Positions 40,038 through 52,240 are shown, counted from the stretch's first letter. The stretch is DNA of 64,000 bases from Octopus vulgaris (GCA_951406725.2 OX597816.1:17856001-17920000); one strand, 5' to 3'. Program-made: numbers and translations. Notes: a model not told the origin generated them from the letters alone.

Positions 40038-40349
40038 TAAAAATAATAATGATGATGATGATTATTATTATTATTATTATTGAAGAAGAAGAAAAAGAAG
40101 AAGAAGAAGAAGAAGAAGAAGAAGAAGAAGAAGAAGAAGAAGAAGAAGAAGAAGAAGAAGAAGAAGAAGAAGAAGAAGAAGAAGAAGAAGAAGAAGACGA
40201 AGAAGAAGAAGAAGAATTGCTGAAAAAGCAACTGTGAATATTCTGAAAAGGCTAAATATCGGACGACAAAACATCATGGTCAATCGATGCGAAGAATAGG
40301 AACTCCATGACCAATATCTGTAAAGCTGCAATAGAAAATGAAAATTCGA

Positions 40350-41245
40350 AACATTGCCTGACAAGTAGACGCCTAAAATGAGAGAGAAGGATTCGTGATT
40401 GGGACACAGGATCAAAGCCTTTCTAGAAAAATCCATCAAAATCATTTCATGAATGGACATCATGGCGCATTAGATCACAGTTTATAACAAAACTAGAAAT
40501 GGAAACGAAACTAATGGACATTACTAGTTTAATCTTTTGTTGTTTTATTTTGCGTTAATAAGATAAAGTTATAATATTCTCAACTGGATGCTGAACAAAA
40601 TAGAAATATTAAACAGAAAAATAACGAAAACAATGACTGAATTTAGAATACACAACTCAGAATCTGACACAGGGAAAGATTATATTTACTGCGAATACAG
40701 AACGATACGGGTTTTATCTAACTAGCAAACTGTTATAAATTATCCACTATAGCACTGCATTTAGTTGATACGTTTATCTAGTAAAGAATAATGGAAAACT
40801 AATACAATTAGCTATAAAACCTCAAAATGAAATCTGTTTTCTGTCTCTAACGAAGCCAACATGTATATCGCAGAGACTGACAGATAACTATATAGAAAAA
40901 AGAGAAAGAAGAGAATTTTGTGAAACTGCTAAAGATCTAGTGAAGAATATGGTTACATAATGCCGTCATGAAAATTCAGCAAGAAATGTCCCTACATAGC
41001 CAATATATGAAAAGTTGAACAGACTGGATATAGACTAGAAACATGTGCAAATTTGCCCTGGGGAACACAAGAAACAAAGCTGAATGTAAAGGTCTCTTGA
41101 TTTTGTCGGCAAATTAGACAAGTTGTAAAAAAATTCATCAATAGAATGTCATGGGACATTGCACAGCATGGTATCGTGGAGTATATAAGAAAATGGAACA
41201 TAATTAACCACATTTTCTCTGCGTGTCCGGTCCTCAATAAAGATC
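40350..41245 (+). pseudogene. Highly decayed R4/Dong-type RT/thumb to CCHC fragment
   Basis: Frameshifted pieces SYNILNW....IE.LNRKI.K, RLYL.R, YKLSTIAL, SLHSQY, KAECKGL and INHIFSACPVL are colinear with the 44050-46689 protein. Confidence 0.65.
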
Positions 41246-41334
41246 AAATGGCTTTCTCGAGCTACAGACTCAAAAGGAAGGTTCTCCTGGATTATGGTTT
41301 GTATATATTTCCCACATATATTTCCCACATCCCA

Positions 41335-41604
41335 GGACTGGAGCAACGTGATATGAAGTGTTTTGCTTGAGAACACAACGCAAAACCCTATCCATGAATC
41401 GAAACCTCAATCTTACGATAATGCACCCTGCTGTACTCTTTCAACACAACTTTCTCTCACTCTTATAGGCACAGCAGTTGCTGTGTGGTAAATAGCTAGC
41501 GCACTAACCACATGGTTCCGGGTTCAGTCCCACTGCGTGGCACCTTGGGCAAGTGTCTTCTACTATAGCCTCGGGCCGACCAAAGCCTTGTTAGTGAATT
41601 TGGA
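41335..41604. mobile_element. Fragments of SINE C (minus), SINE D body and SINE B 5' half (plus, 41468-41604)
   Basis: Direct similarity to 20301, 31740 and 38564. Confidence 0.75.
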
Positions 41605-41687
41605 ATAATAACATCCAGGAATAATAATAATAATGACATTGAAAAATTACCTTAGGAATGAGAACCCAGGTTCGAAATTTCCCCAAG

Positions 41688-41731
41688 ACACCTGATGTGA
41701 GCTGGAGGGTATATCATCCGAAACGCTGTGT
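41688..41731 (+). ncRNA. Decayed type I hammerhead motif
   Basis: ACAC-CTGATGT-gagctg gagggtatat catcc-GAAACGCT-GTGT. Stem I is ACAC/GTGT, and the core and triplet each have one substitution. Confidence 0.5.
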
Positions 41732-42782
41732 TAACAACAAACAAGTTGAAGAAAAATATCCGTCAAATGTAAATAATGTAAATAATGTATATAATTCCTC
41801 ATCTCTTAAATATAGAACTTTCTCAATTGCATTTCCAAGAACATGCAAAGAATCGATGAGGACTTAACCGAAGTGGAAAGTACCTGTCCCCAATCCTTTC
41901 ATCTTCGTCCATTGTACCACCTCTTCTGCAATTGACACCTGATAGAATCATACCAACAGCCCTGCCTTATGTGTGGTGACCGGTAGGGTGATTCTCATAA
42001 TGCATAAACAGCTCCTGATGTAACAAAACAAATAATTTCAAGAAAGGTCTTTAGCTGATCCCCCAATCCCAATTATAATAATACTTCTTTTTATCGTCCT
42101 TAAAAAACGTGAATGGTTAAGTCGACCACTGCAGGAATTGAACTCAGAGTGTAAATTGCTGGCAACAATATCGCAAAACATTTGGTCCAATGCTCTGAAT
42201 ATTCTATCAAAATAACAGTAGTAAGGTGGGGTTTTTTTTACACTGGAATTGATGTCAGCGTTATGAAAACCGACGTAAAAGTGCAGTGCAACCACATTGG
42301 AGAGAAGGCCTATACACAGAAACATAACGATTGGAACACAGACACAATGTGATTATAGACATGGAAATATTATTTGGCATACAGAGATAAAAGCATATTG
42401 ATAGAATATTTTTGACGAGGATCATTGGGAAATAACGTGTCACCTAAAAGAGGTATGAGCCTCAACAAACGGCGATATATCCTTAACAGTCATGGAAAAC
42501 CTATTCAAATGTAAAAAATCTGGAAACGTGAATAACCGGAATAAATGGATTGGAAACATGAACAACTTTCATAACTCTATGTTGCTTAGCAATGTCTAAA
42601 ATGGTGCATATATGTATGTATAAATGTGTACATAAACACACATACACACACACATACATACGTATGCATATATATATGCACACATATCTACAAATAGGAT
42701 GCTTACGTCGGTTTTCATAATATGAATTCAAAGGCACGAAGAACTCTTCTTAATCACGTAAAATAAATTCTTATGAAAATAT

Positions 42783-43100
42783 GGCGCATGACCTACTGGA
42801 TATGGTGATGTACTTACGGTCGCGAGATCGTGGTTTCAATTCCAAGACCAGGTGGTGCATAGTGTTCTTGAGCAAAACACTTCATCTCAATGTCATTCCA
42901 CTATCACGTCTACACCTAAAGCCGGGTATCTATGGTATCTAGCAGAATATATCCGCTTCAGGCAACGTCGATTTGATGGGGAGAGTGAGGAGCTAATATG
43001 CAGCGCGAACATTTGATTACTGTAAACAAATCATTTGTGCTGTTCGTTCGGTAAAAGCTGGAAACTCATACGTCGCTGCCGACGGGAGAGTACTTCACCA
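42783..43100 (+). mobile_element. tRNA-derived SINE (family E), decayed
   Basis: GGCGCATGACCTACTGG...GGTTTCAATTCC (B-box-like), then GTGTTCTTGAGCAAAACAC. The body is shared with 16983-17165. Confidence 0.7.
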
Positions 43101-43722
43101 TTATTATTATTGCGTGAGAGAGCAACCACATGCCATCAAAGTGACCCTGGGTTATAAATATACGAAGCCCAATGAACCTCTCATGACTACCATTCTGATA
43201 AGGGTACACTAGGCACATGCATCCTATGCATCGCATAGTGCGCTACATGGTGATCTCATATCAAAATAATCAGCGCACGATCTCGAAAGTGGGGGCCAGT
43301 TAGAATTCTTTCAGTTAGAATTTTCTTAGAATTTTCTTCGAGTAGCCCATAACGATGGAAAGGCCCTTGAATAAGGTTTGTTTTAAGAAAGATAAACAAC
43401 ACATCCATGTTACCAGAGGCGAATTATTCAATCGCCTAGGACTTCCACTCAACACATGGCTATGATGCTTCCCAAAGACGCTTGGTCGTGATCAGAGATG
43501 CACATATCGTCAGCCACAAAGGGACATGCTCAACTGGTTAAGGTCAAACAACTGACAAGCAAATCTGTGATATTGGCAGAATATTTGCTGTAGCCCATCT
43601 TATATACCAAGACATAACAATGTACATGATAGCACTTCCAATTAGTTAAGATCAGAAGCCACGAGAGCCACTGTCTGGTACTGCTTCAGGGCATTTAGTT
43701 ACTGCATCAGGGCTTTAAAAAA

Positions 43723-43730
<8 letters not shown>

Positions 43731-43791
<61 letters not shown>

Positions 43792-43825
43792 GTTGTTATT
43801 GTTATTGTTGTTGTTGTTGTTGTTA

Positions 43826-43870
<45 letters not shown>
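43731..43870. repeat. (TTA)n/(TTG)n tract abutting the 3' end of the Dong-like element
   Basis: Direct reading. Confidence 0.96.
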
Positions 43871-43871
<1 letters not shown>

Positions 43872-44049
43872 TTTTTTTTTTCTTCTTTCAAATTTTCTTC
43901 CATTTCTTACCGAGTGTCTTCCCGACTCCTAGGGCAAAGAAACTCATAGTGTATATTGGTAGGCCATTAAACCAAACTCAGTAGTTCGTTCATTTTTTTT
44001 TTTTTTTTTTTTTTAAAGTTAAATTAAAATACATGAGCAGCAACAGTTC

Positions 44050-46689
44050 TCACATCGACAATGCTCTTCTCAATACGTGTGATGTACCAGTTAAGACAAT
44101 CTTTTGCACTTCTTGCAGGGATGGTAAGCCAGGGATCATTCTCATATAATTTTCGGTTCCCTTCTTGATCATTCCTAGTGCTCCTACGATCACTGGTATT
44201 GTAACCGCCTTGAGATGCCACATTTTCTCAATTTCAATGAGTAGGTCTTTATATTTTCTGAGCTTGTCAAACTCTTTCGCTGAGATATTATGATCACAGG
44301 GGATGCTCATGTCGATCAATAAGCAAACTTTATTGTTTTGGTCTTTCACAACAATATCTGGTTTATTGGCCTTGATGGTTCGGTCTGTATGTACTGGAAA
44401 GTCCCACAGAATGGTTACATTTTCTCCTTCAGTTACAGCCTCAGGGTGGTGATTATACCACTTGTCGGCAGTTTTGATATTGTAATGCCGACTTATTAGC
44501 CAGTGGAGATATTGGCCAACTCTGTCATGTCTTAATTTATACTCCACTGGTGCTAAGACTTTACATCCAGAGATTAGGTGGTCCACTGTTTCAATCATGT
44601 CGTTGCAGAATCGGCATTTTGGGTCTGCTCCATTTTTCATCACATTGGCCTGGTAGTTCCGGGTTGATAGGCTTTGGTCTTGAGCAGCCAGGATGAAACC
44701 TTCGCTCTCTGCTTTTAGCCCTGAGCTCCGCAGCCACTGATGGGTTTGCTTCTGGTCAACATCAGCTTGTTTGCTGCGGGTCACATATTTGCCGTGCAGA
44801 GGTTTCTCCTCCCACCTATCAGCCAATTGCTCGTGCGCTTTTTTCATTGCCATCATTTTCACCTTCTTTGCAACAATAGTTGCCGTACTTCCCTCGGGTT
44901 GTTCAGTTTGGGTATCCTGCACGAGATCAATAGCAAATTTTTTGCTTTCCTTGATGATAGAATGAAGCTTCTTTCGTCTCTCGTGATTTTCCACGAGCTT
45001 TAGCATCCAGTCATTCGATATTTCGAGATATTTGGCCAGTCCAATTGTGGTTGTTTTGTAAGCTAGTTCAAATTGGATCAGGTCTCGACCTCCTTGGGCT
45101 CTGGGAAGGTAAAGGCGATCTACGTCTGTCTTTGGGTGGTGCATCCTATTACAACTCAGCAGCTTGCGTATTTTTCTATCTATATTCTTTACTTCACTCA
45201 TATTCCAGTTCAACACATTGTAGCTATAAGTAACAACTGGAACTGCTAGGGAATTTATAGCTAACACCTTGTTACGTGCATTTAGTTCAGATTTCAGGAC
45301 TGCACGAACTCTCCTATAACATTCCTTCCTGATTTTCTCTTTCATGCTTGCATGCTGAATACCAGAGCCTTCATTTATCCCTAAATATTTGTATGTTTGT
45401 TCTTGCTCAAGCTCTCTTATGACTGTGTCAACATCTAACACGACTGAATTTGTGGTCTTCACTTTCCCTTTCTGGAAAGTGGCCTTGGCACACTTCTCAA
45501 GTCCAAACTCCATCCCGATGTCATCGCTGAATGCTTTCACGGTGCGCAATAGGCCTTCAAGTTCATTATTGTCTTTACCATAAAGTTTTAAGTCATCCAT
45601 ATAAAATAGATGGCTTAATTTTTTATTGGCAATTTTATACCCATACCCTGTTCTGTTTAATTCACTTGTAAGGGGTATTAGGGCTATGCAGAATATTAAA
45701 GGTGAAAGTGAGTCACCTTGAAAAATTCCACAGTTGATGTTTATATTTTCTGAGGCAAGTACTCCATTAGAGTGGTATAATTGGAGATTCGTATTCCACA
45801 ACGACATATTGTGCTTCAGGAAGTTTGAAATCACAGGGGAAATTTTGAAGATGTCCAGCGATCTCAAGATCCATGGATGCGGTATACTGTCGAAGGCCTT
45901 TTTATAGTCAATCCATGCGGTGCTGAGATTTCTGCGCTTGTTGTGACAGTTCTCAAGGATCATACGATTGATTAGCAGTTGATCTTTGCATCCGTAAGAT
46001 CCTCGGCGGCACCCTTTTTGTTCAATGGGGAAAATATCGTTCTTCTCCATGAATGCATATGTTTTCTCCGCCAGGATAGATGTTAGGATTTTATACGTGG
46101 TGGATAGACAGGTTATAGGCCGATAGTTTTTTGGAAGGTTGGTTTCGTTATTCTTTGGGAGTAGGTAAGTAATGCCACTTGCTAACCATTCAGGTGTTTT
46201 CTTTGGGTCTCTCATAATTCCATTGAGCAGCTGAACTAGCTTACCGTGTGCGCACGGGAGCGATGCGAGCCAGAAATTCGGCACCCTATCTTTACCGGGG
46301 GATTTCCAATTATGGGCCTTCGTGAGTGCCTTTCTTAGGTCTGCTATTGTGATGTCTTCCCATGCTTGTTGTTGTAAATTTTGGTAGGATCCTTCAGTTT
46401 GTATAATCCAGTCTGCATTTATGTTGTACGTCTTCTTGTCACTCCAAATCCTTTCCCAAAAGTTTTGAACTTCTTCCATGGGAGGGGGGTCTTTAACGGT
46501 TACTTTCTCCTTCCCTATTTCTCTGTAGAATTTTTTGGCATTGGATGTGAACAGCTTATTTTGCTTGTAAAACTTGTTTCTCTTCTCAAATCTTCGTATT
46601 CTTTGGGCTTTTGCTTGGACTTTTTGTTTCAGCGTTTCTTTTATTGATATCATTTCTTCTCTTGGTGAGGATCCAAATTTTCTCTTCAT
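44050..46689 (-). CDS. Reverse transcriptase + CCHC zinc knuckle + restriction-like endonuclease (C-terminal 879 aa of the retrotransposon ORF)
   Basis: KSPGKD, NYRPITCL, EQKG, DYKKAFDS, GIFQGDSLSP, YMDD, YKYLG, CRFC-x8-H-x4-C, RHD, KPDIVV..LIDMSIP..K..KY. Confidence 0.95.
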   Translation of the reverse strand: MKRKFGSSPREEMISIKETLKQKVQAKAQRIRRFEKRNKFYKQNKLFTSNAKKFYREIGKEKVTVKDPPPMEEVQNFWERIWSDKKTYNINADWIIQTEGSYQNLQQQAWEDITIADLRKALTKAHNWKSPGKDRVPNFWLASLPCAHGKLVQLLNGIMRDPKKTPEWLASGITYLLPKNNETNLPKNYRPITCLSTTYKILTSILAEKTYAFMEKNDIFPIEQKGCRRGSYGCKDQLLINRMILENCHNKRRNLSTAWIDYKKAFDSIPHPWILRSLDIFKISPVISNFLKHNMSLWNTNLQLYHSNGVLASENININCGIFQGDSLSPLIFCIALIPLTSELNRTGYGYKIANKKLSHLFYMDDLKLYGKDNNELEGLLRTVKAFSDDIGMEFGLEKCAKATFQKGKVKTTNSVVLDVDTVIRELEQEQTYKYLGINEGSGIQHASMKEKIRKECYRRVRAVLKSELNARNKVLAINSLAVPVVTYSYNVLNWNMSEVKNIDRKIRKLLSCNRMHHPKTDVDRLYLPRAQGGRDLIQFELAYKTTTIGLAKYLEISNDWMLKLVENHERRKKLHSIIKESKKFAIDLVQDTQTEQPEGSTATIVAKKVKMMAMKKAHEQLADRWEEKPLHGKYVTRSKQADVDQKQTHQWLRSSGLKAESEGFILAAQDQSLSTRNYQANVMKNGADPKCRFCNDMIETVDHLISGCKVLAPVEYKLRHDRVGQYLHWLISRHYNIKTADKWYNHHPEAVTEGENVTILWDFPVHTDRTIKANKPDIVVKDQNNKVCLLIDMSIPCDHNISAKEFDKLRKYKDLLIEIEKMWHLKAVTIPVIVGALGMIKKGTENYMRMIPGLPSLQEVQKIVLTGTSHVLRRALSM

Positions 46690-46731
46690 CTTTCTTCCTG
46701 TTCTGGATCTTACATCATTTCCACATATTAG

Positions 46732-47739
46732 TTAATTTAATATTGATATTTCCCCTCTCATAAATTCAATCTCTTTTTCAATTTTACTTCTCCAGGTTTG
46801 ATTTCTTCCCAGGTTTTGTTTTCTTTGTTTTTTCGGGGGCATACAGCTGGTTTCAATTGCCCTAGCAGAAGCGTAAATAATTTCATTTAACCCAGTAAAA
46901 TCAGGTTTTAATTCTCGTATTATTTCATTTGTTACATAGTTGCCAATTTGGATTTGTTTTTTATTTTGGTTTGTATTTGAGAGTTTATGAAGCGGTTCTC
47001 TATCATTCATACTTGTATGTCTTACAACTTCAAGCGTATTCAGGATTTTCTGCCTCATTTCTGCCATAGACTCTCTGTGTTCTTCAGCAAATGCGAGATC
47101 TTCAGTTACTGTTGTTTTTTCGTTTTCCTGGCTATCTTTAACAGGTACAATAGAATTTCTTGTATCTTCAGGCCTTTGCGTACTTTGGTCAGATGGCAGT
47201 CTTTCAATTAAGCCTCGTGGCGGGCTATACTGTTCATCTGATTCTTCATTTCCTTTGTGTCTTATATTTATGTCATTTTCCGTTGCGTGCTTGATCGCGC
47301 TTATTTCACTGTCTGTGAGTCTGTTATTTCTAAAGATATCCCTCCTCACATTTGCTAATTTGTTCTCGTCCAAATAGGGCCTACTGTCTTGATTCCGTGT
47401 TCTCCATATACTGTAAGAGTTTGCGGTGTGTCTCTCTTGAGATGGCCTACCTAATGCATAGTAATAAGCGTATATTACTTCTTTATACTCTTCTCGGGTC
47501 CATTTGTTCCGCTTACATTTTTCTTTCTGTGGTGGTTGTGGTGGTGAACTTGGAGGGCTCGAGTTGGGGGGTTTCCCGTTCAAGTGACCATCCATGTCCG
47601 TATTCGGAGAAGAGTTTGTGCCAGTTGATGACTTTTCGATCCCAGGCTGGCTCTTCCCTGGGGGACGCGCTTCCAGATTAACCATAGGACAAGCGATTTG
47701 GTATACTGATTTAGTTTTCCTTTTAGTTTCCAAAAACAT
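46732..47739 (-). CDS. N-terminal part of the same retrotransposon ORF (Myb-like DNA-binding region), cut off by an in-frame TAA
   Basis: KRNKWTREEYKEVIYAYY is Myb-like. It is in the same frame as 44050-46689, and the 14 intervening codons (LICGNDVRSRTGRK) are open. Confidence 0.85.
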   Translation of the reverse strand: MFLETKRKTKSVYQIACPMVNLEARPPGKSQPGIEKSSTGTNSSPNTDMDGHLNGKPPNSSPPSSPPQPPQKEKCKRNKWTREEYKEVIYAYYYALGRPSQERHTANSYSIWRTRNQDSRPYLDENKLANVRRDIFRNNRLTDSEISAIKHATENDINIRHKGNEESDEQYSPPRGLIERLPSDQSTQRPEDTRNSIVPVKDSQENEKTTVTEDLAFAEEHRESMAEMRQKILNTLEVVRHTSMNDREPLHKLSNTNQNKKQIQIGNYVTNEIIRELKPDFTGLNEIIYASARAIETSCMPPKKQRKQNLGRNQTWRSKIEKEIEFMRGEISILN

Positions 47740-48087
47740 TTTGGTGCTACGATAATGTTATCATTTTTTAGCTTTGATTGGCTCGTGGGGAGACGGCCAT
47801 CATTGCCGTTACAATTATAATCGTACCATTATAGCAGCCGTAGTCGGCTTATTATTGTTATTATCATCACCATTACCATCACTATCATCATTATCACCAC
47901 CATTACCATCATCATTATCATCATCACCATCACCATCACCACCATCATCATCAATGATATTGTTTTATGTGTAGTCACAGCAGTATCTTATTATTGTTAT
48001 TTTTGTTTTTTTATCATTATCACCATCACAGTAGTGTCTGTCTGTCTCGTCGGCTGGGTTGGTAGTTGGCTGGCTGACTGTCTTTTT

Positions 48088-48860
48088 TGTGGAGGTTGAA
48101 GTTGACTTTTCTAGAGATGTTTGTATGTCCAGTTAGAAGAACAGGTGTGTTTTTACAATAAAAAGTATATGTTTACATTTATATTTGAATATTCAGGGAG
48201 GAAGCAAAGAAAAGTCAGATTTTCATAGAAAGTTTTAGGGTTTTGTAAGTCCACAAAAAGAAAAAAAGAAAAGCGTGATGTTTTTAGAGAGAAGAAAAAA
48301 AAAGGATGTTTACAGAGGCAATTGTGGGTATCAAAGTTTTTAAAGCTGGTCGAATGTATGATTGAAAACTGTAGATATGTAAATTTGTAAATTTTCTTAA
48401 CTTATTTTGAAGGGCTGTTCTGTATTATTTGTGAATAGAGAAGCTGTGTTCGACCAGAGAGAATCTTAGCATCATTATTTTTTCCATGTGCGTTTGTGTT
48501 ATTGCAATAAAAAGTGTTTGTATATTTCGTGCAAGGTAATATTGTGGAGGTTGAGGTTGACCCCTCTAGAGATGTTTGTATGTCCAGTTAGAGGAACAGG
48601 TGTGTTTTGCAATAAAGAGTATATGTTTACATTTATATTTGAATATTCTGGGAGGAAGCAAAGAAAAGTCAGATTTTCATAGAAAGTTTTAGGGTTTTGC
48701 AAGTCCACAAAAGGAAAAGCGTGATGTTTTTAGAGAGAAGAAAAAAAAGGGTGCTTACAGAGGCAGTTGTGGGTATTAAAGTTTTTAAAGCCGATCGGAT
48801 GTATGTTTGAAAGCTGCAGATATGTAAATTTGTAAATTTCTTAATCCACTTTGAAGAGAA
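48088..48860. repeat. Direct duplication of a ~320 bp segment (period ~455 bp)
   Basis: TGTGGAGGTTGA.GTTGAC....CTAGAGATGTTTGTATGTCCAGTTAGA at 48088 and 48543, colinear to ...TTTGAAG. Confidence 0.9.
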
Positions 48861-49018
48861 TTTCAAATACTCACGAGGTATTGTAGATGTTCCAGTCTTT
48901 GAGAGTTATTTTTCCCCGTTGCTAAACTGGCCCATATTAGTGTTTCTATGGCTTTCAGCCACCGAACTGTCAGAGCAGTGAGGAACACGTCCAGCTGCTG
49001 TCAAGGCTGGCGCTCTTC

Positions 49019-49172
<154 letters not shown>

Positions 49173-49214
49173 GATTCACTTCTAAGAAGCTCGGTCTTGT
49201 TTGCTCTGGTAGAT

Positions 49215-49333
49215 TCTGTGATGAAAGGTAAAGTCGACCTCATCAGAATTTGAACTCAGAACGTACCAACGAGCGAAATACCGCGAAGCATCTTTGTCCA
49301 GCGCGCTAACAATTCGGCCAGCTCACCGCCTTA
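49215..49333 (-). mobile_element. SINE family A 5' half
   Basis: GATGAAAGGTAAAGTCGACCTC...CAGCTCACCGCCTT. Confidence 0.8.
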
Positions 49334-49372
49334 CTTAACAACAACAACGACGATAATAATAATAATAATAAT

Positions 49373-49417
<45 letters not shown>

Positions 49418-49429
49418 TATAATGATAAT

Positions 49430-49582
49430 GTGGCTGTGTGGTAAGTAGCTTGCTTACCAATCACATGGTTCCGGGTTCAGTCCCACTGCGTGGCACCTTG
49501 GGCAAGTGTCTTCTCCTATAGCCTCGGGCTGACCAAAGCCTTGTGAGTGGATTTGGTAGACGGAAACTGAAAGAAGCCCGTC

Positions 49583-49628
<46 letters not shown>

Positions 49629-49861
49629 GTGTGTGTGTGTGTGTTTGTGTGTCTGTGTTTGTCCCCCTAGCATTGCTTGACAACCGATGCTGGTGTGTTT
49701 ATGTCCCTGTTACTTAGCGGTTCGGCAAATGAGACCGATAGAATAAGTACTGGGCTTACAATAGAATAAGTCCCGGAGTCGAGTTGCTCGATTAAAGGCG
49801 GTGCTCCAGCATGGCCGCAGTCAAAATGACTGAAGCAAGTAAAAGAGTAACAGAGTAAAGA

Positions 49862-49864
<3 letters not shown>
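49430..49864 (+). mobile_element. SINE family B copy inside an (AAT)n tract
   Basis: Matches 38564-38974, with (AAT)n on both sides. Confidence 0.94.
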
Positions 49865-49915
<51 letters not shown>

Positions 49916-49924
49916 GGAAGATGG

Positions 49925-49973
<49 letters not shown>

Positions 49974-51299
49974 TGAATGATGAGGACGATAATGATGATG
50001 ATGAGGGTGAGGATTCCATTTGGAAATTGTTGTTTTAGCACAATGAAAAAGCTTTTGTAAATGTAAAAGAAAAGCAGAAAGATTATTTTCTCTTCTTTTC
50101 TGAGTTTGATAAGAAACTGATAAGTGGATTCAATGTTTATACACGGATTTGCCAAGATAATTTGTAACAACTACCGGTGTGTCTGCGATAACCCTGCGGG
50201 AAATGAATAGCTAGGAACATTTCCATTGTTTGTCATTGTTTACCATTTCAAAGTATGTCATTCCTTCTTTGGGAGAAAAGTGTCGGTATCGTTATTATTA
50301 CTGTTATTATTATTATCACTATTCTTGAAAAATACCCGAAAATGATGGTACTTTCTGTCTGCAAACAGTGGGGTTTTTTTTCAGTTTTGCGAATATGTAT
50401 GTTCTCTTATCTATGTACAATGCTCCGCTTCTTTCAAATTATTTTGTACGACTTTCGCATATATGTTAGATCGTAGCGTAACAAATCTCGAAGTGTTGTC
50501 TCACGTTTTTCTCTTCTAGGTTTAAATTCTGTAGCGCTCAACTTAGCCGTTTTTCGTTTACGCGTCCATAAAAAGAGTTCCGATCCAGGGAGTGGGTTGG
50601 CAGAACTGTTAGAACTAGAATGCGATGACTTGTAGTACTGGGTTTATCCCATTTTCTTCTGACACTAAAGCCTTCTGTGGTCACTTGTGACAAGGCGTAT
50701 TGACCTAAAGAGACATCTTCATCTTAGGAAACATCGGGGGCGTGGACAAATGAGATACGCATGTTTGGGTAACTAACAATGTTCCACAGAAACTTTATCC
50801 AGGTTAGCTCACTCACCAAAGGAAGACCTTGTATTGTGGGTTGGTTTTGGACGTTGTGGCCATTTTGGGATGCAGGTCATACTAGGAAGATTTACCTCGT
50901 TCATGAATAGCTTTTATCCTATCAGGGTAAATGAATGCAAACAATTACATTTCTTGTCTCTCTTTGGTTGGACAGTTAAGATGTGACATGATTTTCAACG
51001 GTGTTTCGCTTGGTACAAACCCTCACAGTTTGTTAGAGAAACATGAAATCCGCATAGTTATCTAAAAGCATACAAAGACTTCCGCTGCTTCTGATGGTGA
51101 TAACAACAATAATACATTATCGTATAAGTAAAGGGCTTGAATATTTTGTGGGATATACTTTAGGATATCACTGACACTTAATGTTATGAACCCAGAAAAT
51201 ATTATATAAATTTGATCTCTATGGGATTCAAGTTCAGAAGACATTCCATAAAGACTTTATGCTGGTCCTCTAACGATTCTACAATCTCAGCGATATATT

Positions 51300-51735
51300 G
51301 GTTTCGAATTTTGGCACTAGGCTAGCAAATTTCGTAGAGGGGAAAACCAATTACATCGAGCTCAGTGATTAACTAGTACTTATTTTATCGACCCCGAAGG
51401 GACGAAAGACAAAGTGAATTCGGTGGAATTTGAACTCAGAACAAAAAGACGGACAAAATACCGCTAAGCGTTTTCCCCAGCCTGCTAACGATTCTGACAC
51501 CTCGCCACCTTATTTCGTCGGTATATTTATAATCGTTTCAAATGCTGATGTAGGGACAGCAATTTCTATGTAGAAGAAACTGGAGCAAGTCGATTATATC
51601 GACCCACCCCACCCCGAATTTGATTGATACCATATCGATCCCGAAAACGGTATTTAAATATAGAACGCAAAACAAACAGTAAAAAAAACCCTGCTAAGCA
51701 TTTTGTCCAACGCGTTTACAATTCTGTCAGCTAAT
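51300..51735 (-). mobile_element. Two decayed SINE family A copies
   Basis: ATCGACCCCGAAGGGACGAAAG..., GCTAAGC.TTTT. Confidence 0.72.
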
Positions 51736-51822
51736 AATAAAAGAGAATTTTAAAAATCTGCTACATAGTTTTGGGTGTAGAGTAAAATTATAAGATTCCA
51801 TTTAGATGGGAATTAAACATAA

Positions 51823-51985
51823 GGCGCAGGAGTGGCTGTGCGGTATGTAGCTTTCTTACCCACCAAATGGTTCCGCGTTCAGTCCTACTGTGTGGCAGCT
51901 TGGGTGAGTGTCTTCTACTATAGCTTCGGACCAACCAAAGCCTTGTGAATGGATTTCGTAGACGGAAACTGAAAGAAGCTCGTCG

Positions 51986-52018
<33 letters not shown>

Positions 52019-52240
52019 CTGTGTGTGTGTGTCTGTGTGTGTGTGTGTGTGTGTGTGCGTTTGTGTGTCTGCGGTTGTCCCCCCAACATCGCTTAGCGTT
52101 TCAGCAAAAGTGACCGATAGAATAAGTACTAGGCTTACAATGAATAAGTCATGGGGTCGATTTGCTCGACTAAAGGCGATGCTTCAGCATGGCCGCATTC
52201 AAATGACTGAAACAAGTAAAAGAGTAAAAGTGTAAAGAGT
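51823..52240 (+). mobile_element. SINE family B copy
   Basis: Matches the family from the head to the (GTAAAAGA)n tail. Confidence 0.92.

Larger units (their letters stand above)
43871..47848 (-). mobile_element. Apparently full-length R4/Dong-clade (RLE-type) non-LTR retrotransposon
   Basis: On the minus strand the 5' junction is TAATAACAATAATAA|GCCGACTACGGC. It has a ~110 nt 5' UTR, one long reading frame, and a ~180 nt 3' UTR ending in an A-tract followed by (TAA)n. The domain order is that of R4/Dong elements. Confidence 0.9.

Noticed and set aside
43110-43700. GC-richer unique-looking segment upstream of the (TTA)n tract
   Set aside because: Probably a repeat, but it is single-copy in this window and has no ORF or motif I can support.
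44740-47681. Several plus-strand ORFs overlapping the retrotransposon
   Set aside because: Antisense shadows of the RT ORF without motifs.
47760-47848. HDV-like ribozyme at the 5' end of the Dong-like element
   Set aside because: The nested double pseudoknot (P1/P1.1/P2/P3/P4) could not be assembled; kept only as a hairpin observation.
50700-51040. Possible decayed RT fragment on the minus strand
   Set aside because: Only vague motif echoes (GF.P, QGLP), too weak to call.
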